DNA of 64,000 nt from an uncultured Acidobacteriota bacterium (GTDB lineage: Bacteria > Acidobacteriota > Polarisedimenticolia > J045): positions 52,073 to 116,072 of the forward strand of contig CAVPCQ010000016.1 in NCBI GenBank assembly GCA_963702425.1, in the 5' to 3' direction. The notes under the pieces are model-generated. The model saw only the letters and a program-made list of their open reading frames with translations. It was not told where the DNA came from and searched no databases. Position numbers and translations under genes: made by a program. Within the stretch, counting starts at the first letter, position 1, and each line of letters starts with the position of its first letter. Of the stretch, positions 58,754-64,000 are shown piece by piece.

Positions 58754-59554
58754 ATGAGCCGCTCGATCCGCACCGCCGTTCTCTCGCTCCTCGCGCTGGG
58801 CGCGATCTCCGTTGCTGCACCTCCCGCCCGGGCCGCGAGTTCCTCCCTTCCGACGATCGTCGCGCTGGTCAACGCCGGCGTCGACGGCAACGCTGCCGGC
58901 AAGGCCCGGTACGAGGTCCGCCGCGACCGCACGCGGTTCTCGGTCGAGGTCGAGAAGCTCGACGCCGGGAGCTACGAGCTTCGGGTCGGCGGCGCCGCGC
59001 AAGCATCGCTCGCCGTGAACTCGCTCGGCCGCGGCAAGGCCGAGTTCTCGACCAAGCGCACCGGCGCCGACCGGATGAAGCTGCCGCTCGACTTCGATCC
59101 CAGCGGGCAGCTGATCGAGGTCGTGCAGGGCGGCACCGTGTTCCTGTCCGTCGTCTTCCCGAGTGCCACGGGCGGCAACGGTTCGGGCGGCGGCAGCGGC
59201 TCGGGCGGCGGCGGCGGCGTCCCGGCCGACCAGCGCACCCGGGTCGACCTGGTCTCGACCGGTGCGATGGCCAAGGCCAAGGGCTTCACGGAGTACCGCG
59301 TCGACTCCGGCCGGATCCGCTTCAAGGTCGAGATCGAGGACGTCCCGGCCGGATCCTACGCGGTCGCCGTCGACGGCATGCAGCGCGCCACGCTGGTGGC
59401 GGCGCGCGACGCCTCCACCGGCGAGATCCAGGGCGAGGTCCAGTTCGACACGAAGAGCGAGGCCGGCAAGCTCCCGCTCACCTTCGACCCGCGCGGCAAG
59501 CTGGTCGCGGTGCAGGACGGGGCCACGACGATCCTGCAGGTCGTCTTCCCCTGA
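58754..59554 (+). CDS. secreted protein with two tandem ~100-aa homologous domains joined by a Gly/Ser linker
   Basis: Signal peptide. Domain 1 (...ARYEVRRDRTRFSVEVEKLDAGSYELRV...LPLDFDPSGQLIEVVQGGTVFLSVVFP) is repeated as domain 2 (...TEYRVDSGRIRFKVEIEDVPAGSYAVAV...LPLTFDPRGKLVAVQDGATTILQVVFP). Confidence 0.6.
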   Translation: MSRSIRTAVLSLLALGAISVAAPPARAASSSLPTIVALVNAGVDGNAAGKARYEVRRDRTRFSVEVEKLDAGSYELRVGGAAQASLAVNSLGRGKAEFSTKRTGADRMKLPLDFDPSGQLIEVVQGGTVFLSVVFPSATGGNGSGGGSGSGGGGGVPADQRTRVDLVSTGAMAKAKGFTEYRVDSGRIRFKVEIEDVPAGSYAVAVDGMQRATLVAARDASTGEIQGEVQFDTKSEAGKLPLTFDPRGKLVAVQDGATTILQVVFP

Positions 59555-59714
59555 GGTTTCAAGGGGCCCCTCCCCCGGGGCCCGCCCCAGCCCGTCCCCG
59601 GGACCCCCCTCCCGGGGGCGGGCGTTCTCCTGCCGGATTCGGGCTGGTCCCCCGCGCGGCACGAGGCGCCCGTCCGCGCTTTCGTTGGGAATGGAACGGT
59701 TGCCGGGGGGCATG

Positions 59715-60308
59715 TCAGCGGCGTGGACCAGCGGCATCACGGCCGTGCCGGCCCGTGTGCTGCGCACTCCTGAGTGGCCACACCACTTCACCACGACGAG
59801 AAGCGGGCTCCAGCAGTACGACTGCCTTCTCTGCCAGCCGGCGAGCGGACTCAGTTCGCCCGCCGACAAGATAGCGCCGGATAGCCGTTGCGGGATCTTC
59901 ACCTTCGTTGGCGTCGATGGAGCGGCCGATGAGATCGACGCAGCGCCCAAGATACTCGGAGCGCACCGTGGACCGACCGAACCGAGGGTCGCCCAGCGCG
60001 CGCTCGCCCCGTCGCCTGGGAGGGAAAGCGCCTTCGGGATGAAGGCGGAAGAAAGTCCACACATCCCAGTCCTTCACGCCGTTTCGGCCGTCGACGAAGT
60101 GTAGGGCCGCGCCCTGGCAAAGCGCAGTGCACAACACGCGTGCTCGATAGAGCCGGCCCCAGCGTGGATTGCGACGAAAGAACGCCTCGCGGTCTTCCGC
60201 CGCGATCAACGCCAGTCGGGCGAGAACCGCGTCGTCGATCGGCAAGTAACTGCGCTCCGTGACCCCGTTTGCGTCAGGCATCGCACCTCCTGCAGAGGCG
60301 GTATTCAT
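59715..60308 (-). CDS. hypothetical protein
   Basis: 197-aa ORF with ordinary (non-shadow) composition in the lower-GC region. No motif recognised. Confidence 0.4.
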   Translation of the reverse strand: MNTASAGGAMPDANGVTERSYLPIDDAVLARLALIAAEDREAFFRRNPRWGRLYRARVLCTALCQGAALHFVDGRNGVKDWDVWTFFRLHPEGAFPPRRRGERALGDPRFGRSTVRSEYLGRCVDLIGRSIDANEGEDPATAIRRYLVGGRTESARRLAEKAVVLLEPASRRGEVVWPLRSAQHTGRHGRDAAGPRR

Positions 60309-60439
60309 GCGGTCCAGCGCTCCGGTTCAGCGGCGGCGAGAAACGCCCTCCGCTGCATGCTGTTGTTCGGCGCCCCCTCGCCGATGACTTGGTCCACGTG
60401 AACCGAGGGAATGTGCGCCCGAGTTGCGATGCCCGCCGC

Positions 60440-61969
<1,530 letters not shown>

Positions 61970-61973
<4 letters not shown>

Positions 61974-63439
61974 AGGTCGGCGGTCAACTCCTCGAGGTCC
62001 TGAGGGATGTAGCCGGCGCGCTCGGCGGCGAGACGCGTGTCCGGGGAGTGGCGGGTGGCGATAGCGGCCTTCTCGACGCGCCATCCCTGGAGTCGAGCCA
62101 TGTACTTCATGAAGCGCGCGACGTGGGCGTCGAAGCCGGAGAAGTCCGGGGCGAGCGCTTCGGCGGACCGTTTGCAGGTTCCCAGCCGGACGACGCGGTC
62201 GAGCTCGTTCAAGGCGACGAGATCGATCTCCGTGTCGCCCCGGTCCCAGAACCCCTGAACTCGCTGAGTCAACCGGAACCCCTCCAACCCCTTGCGGCTG
62301 CGTTCTTCGTATAGGGTGGCCACGAGCTTCTCGAAGCCGTGCCCCTCCGCATCGGCGAGGCGCTGGTCGGCCTCTTTCACGAGATCGTCGACTGGTCGGA
62401 AGTTCACCGACGCGGCGGGCGCCGCGAGGGCGGCGAGCCACGAGCGGAGGAAGTTGTCGGAGATGTAGTAGCGGCCGTTCCGCTCCGTGCTCTTCGCGAA
62501 GATCGGCTGCAGCTGCTCGACCATGCGGTAACGCTCCCGTAGAACCTTGACGTAGCCGCCGATCTGTTTCTCGGCGTCGGGCTCGACGGAGCGTGCGTGG
62601 TCGTGGATCTTCCCGTTCGTGCAGCCGGGATGACGAGCGATGTATTTGAGCACCAGGTCGTAGCGCCCGCGCAACTCACGCAGGAACCAGTTCTCGGCCT
62701 CGGTGCGCAGCGGCGACGAACTCGAGAAGAACAACTCGCGCAGGAGTTCGCGCCGGTCCGCGGACAAGACCCCTTCTTCGTAGGCGTCGCGGTAGAACTT
62801 CGGGACGCCCTCAAAGAGGTTCCAGAGGAACAGCAGGCGCTCTGCCTCGGACCTGGTGTGTGCGCGCAGAATCTCCAGCACGGACGCGATGTCCAGGTGA
62901 GGGACATCGAGGGAGTGCGTCAGCCGTGCGAACAGAGGTGCGCCTCGGTCCTCCAGGAGGGCCGCCATCTCGGTGTGGATCGACCCCAGGACGACCAGGC
63001 CGCCTTCGACCTCGGCCGCGTCCCGCGCGAGCCGGTCGACCTCCAGCTGCAGGTGCGAGGTGAATTCGAACAGCGCCTTGCGGTGGAAGTACTGGAACTC
63101 GTCGACGGCGACGACGTAACCGCGCCGGACGAGCTCGCCGATCGAGGAGGCGAGCGACCGGAGGTCCGTGGGCGGAGGGACGTCGACTCGGAACAGCTCG
63201 AAAAAGTCGCGCGCGGTGGCGACCACGCCGGCCGGGTCCGAGTCGGGCACCTGGATGTACAGGACCTTCTCGTGGCCCTCCGCCTGGAGGGCCTGCTGGA
63301 CCAGGCTGGTCTTTCCGATGCGGCGCCGGCCGGACACCTTGAGGAAGAACCAGCGCCGGCGGCGGAGGATTCCCCGGAGGGTGTCCAACTCGTCGCGACG
63401 GCCGTAAAAGGCCCATTTGCCTGAGTTTAGAGCGTTCAT
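61970..63439 (-). CDS. AAA-type ATPase (archaeal-ATPase-like N-domain plus DUF234-like C-domain), intact
   Basis: FYGRRDELDTLRGIL...LKVSGRRRIGKTSL (Walker A), VVAVDEFQY (Walker B), C-terminal ...FWDRGDTEIDLVALNE...LGTCKRS. The stop overlaps the hsdM ATG (ATGA). Confidence 0.8.
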
Positions 63440-63443
63440 AGAT

Positions 63444-63467
63444 TTAAGGTAAAAACTTTTACCTTAA
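63444..63467. promoter_or_regulatory. perfect AT-rich 11-2-11 palindrome 4 nt upstream of the ATPase start codon (candidate operator)
   Basis: TTAAGGTAAAA-AC-TTTTACCTTAA. The two arms are exact reverse complements. Strikingly AT-rich for this window. Confidence 0.5.
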
Positions 63468-63507
63468 ACTTGGCGGCCATGCAAGCCCTTTCTGGGGCCC
63501 GCGTCGA

Positions 63508-64000
63508 TCAGGCGCGGGCGTTCGTCCTGACCCGCGCGCGGCGAGGGCTCCGCGCCGTCTCGTCGCCGGTGGATTTGCGCTCGGCGCGGATGCGTTCGAG
63601 GAGGACGGACGCGGGCTCGTCGGTTGGGTCCTGGTCCACGAGGCGGCCCTCGAAGGCCCACTTGAGGATGGATTGGCGGAGGCGGGAGCAGCGGACAACT
63701 TCGCGTCGACATCGCTCCTAGCAAAGCGTCGGCCACAGAGAGGTGCGCTCGACCACCGAGTCGCGTATTCGCCGCTGCTCGGCGCGCGGAGGAACGGGGA
63801 CGGGGAGTCCGCGAAGCTTCGTCATGTTGATCGACCTAGGTTCGTGGTGTGCTTGCCCTCGTCGAAGAAGTACTGCTGCCCGGCCTGTGTTGCCGTACCA
63901 AGAGAGCAGCTCGGGAAGAAGATCATCCGTAAGGATGCGAGCCCGAAACACATGGTTCTGATGGATGCACTCAGGCAACTCTTCTCTCCAGATCCACCCT
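63508..64000 (-). pseudogene. hsdS: type I R-M specificity subunit, 3' part (runs off the window), with at least 4 indels
   Basis: Blocks in shifting frames: AGQQYFFDEGKHTTNLG / SINMTKLRGLPVPVPPRAEQRRI / HLSVADAL / ERCRREVVRCSRLRQSILKWAFEGRLVDQDPTDEPASVLLERIRAER...stop at 63508-63510. Confidence 0.65.

Overview
High-GC bacterial chromosomal segment (GC judged by eye, not computed). The gene repertoire hints at an Acidobacteriota-like organism, which is inference only. I call about 45 protein genes and one tRNA-Arg(TCG). I see no rRNA, CRISPR array or transposase. The left half is mostly housekeeping and metabolism: a split NadE, creatininase, selD, rsmI, an SSS symporter, a TonB receptor, smpB, speA, an OPT transporter, a stand-alone Top6B, a penicillin-acylase-family protein, a GT2, a C69 dipeptidase, an ECF sigma/anti-sigma/double-ABC operon, and a trehalose operon (otsA-otsB-x-treT). 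From 37.5 to 55.4 kb lies a secreted-protein arsenal: a Cys-rich protein plus three giant paralogous proteases carrying metallo, M28 and S8 heads on one shared stalk of roughly 850-1000 aa. After that come a sulfatase-TPR protein, an SbtA-like permease and a lower-GC type I R-M remnant. Main hunt results: (1) selD is itself a selenoprotein, with an in-frame UGA plus a SECIS-like hairpin that the ORF track misses. (2) A VWA-like lipoprotein is interrupted by a single in-frame UGA in a C-S-G-U context with a downstream hairpin, making it a candidate new selenoprotein. (3) A GTAG-headed REP family is scattered through the window. It is inserted in frame inside rsmI and the TonB receptor, supplies the TAG stop of three genes, and has been tandemly co-duplicated with gene 3' ends. 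(4) Single-base indels cluster in protease C, protease B, the SSS symporter, hsdM and hsdS, while neighbouring genes are intact. All calls come from reading the sequence and the ORF translations. No database search or program was run, and start codons are often uncertain in this GC-rich DNA.
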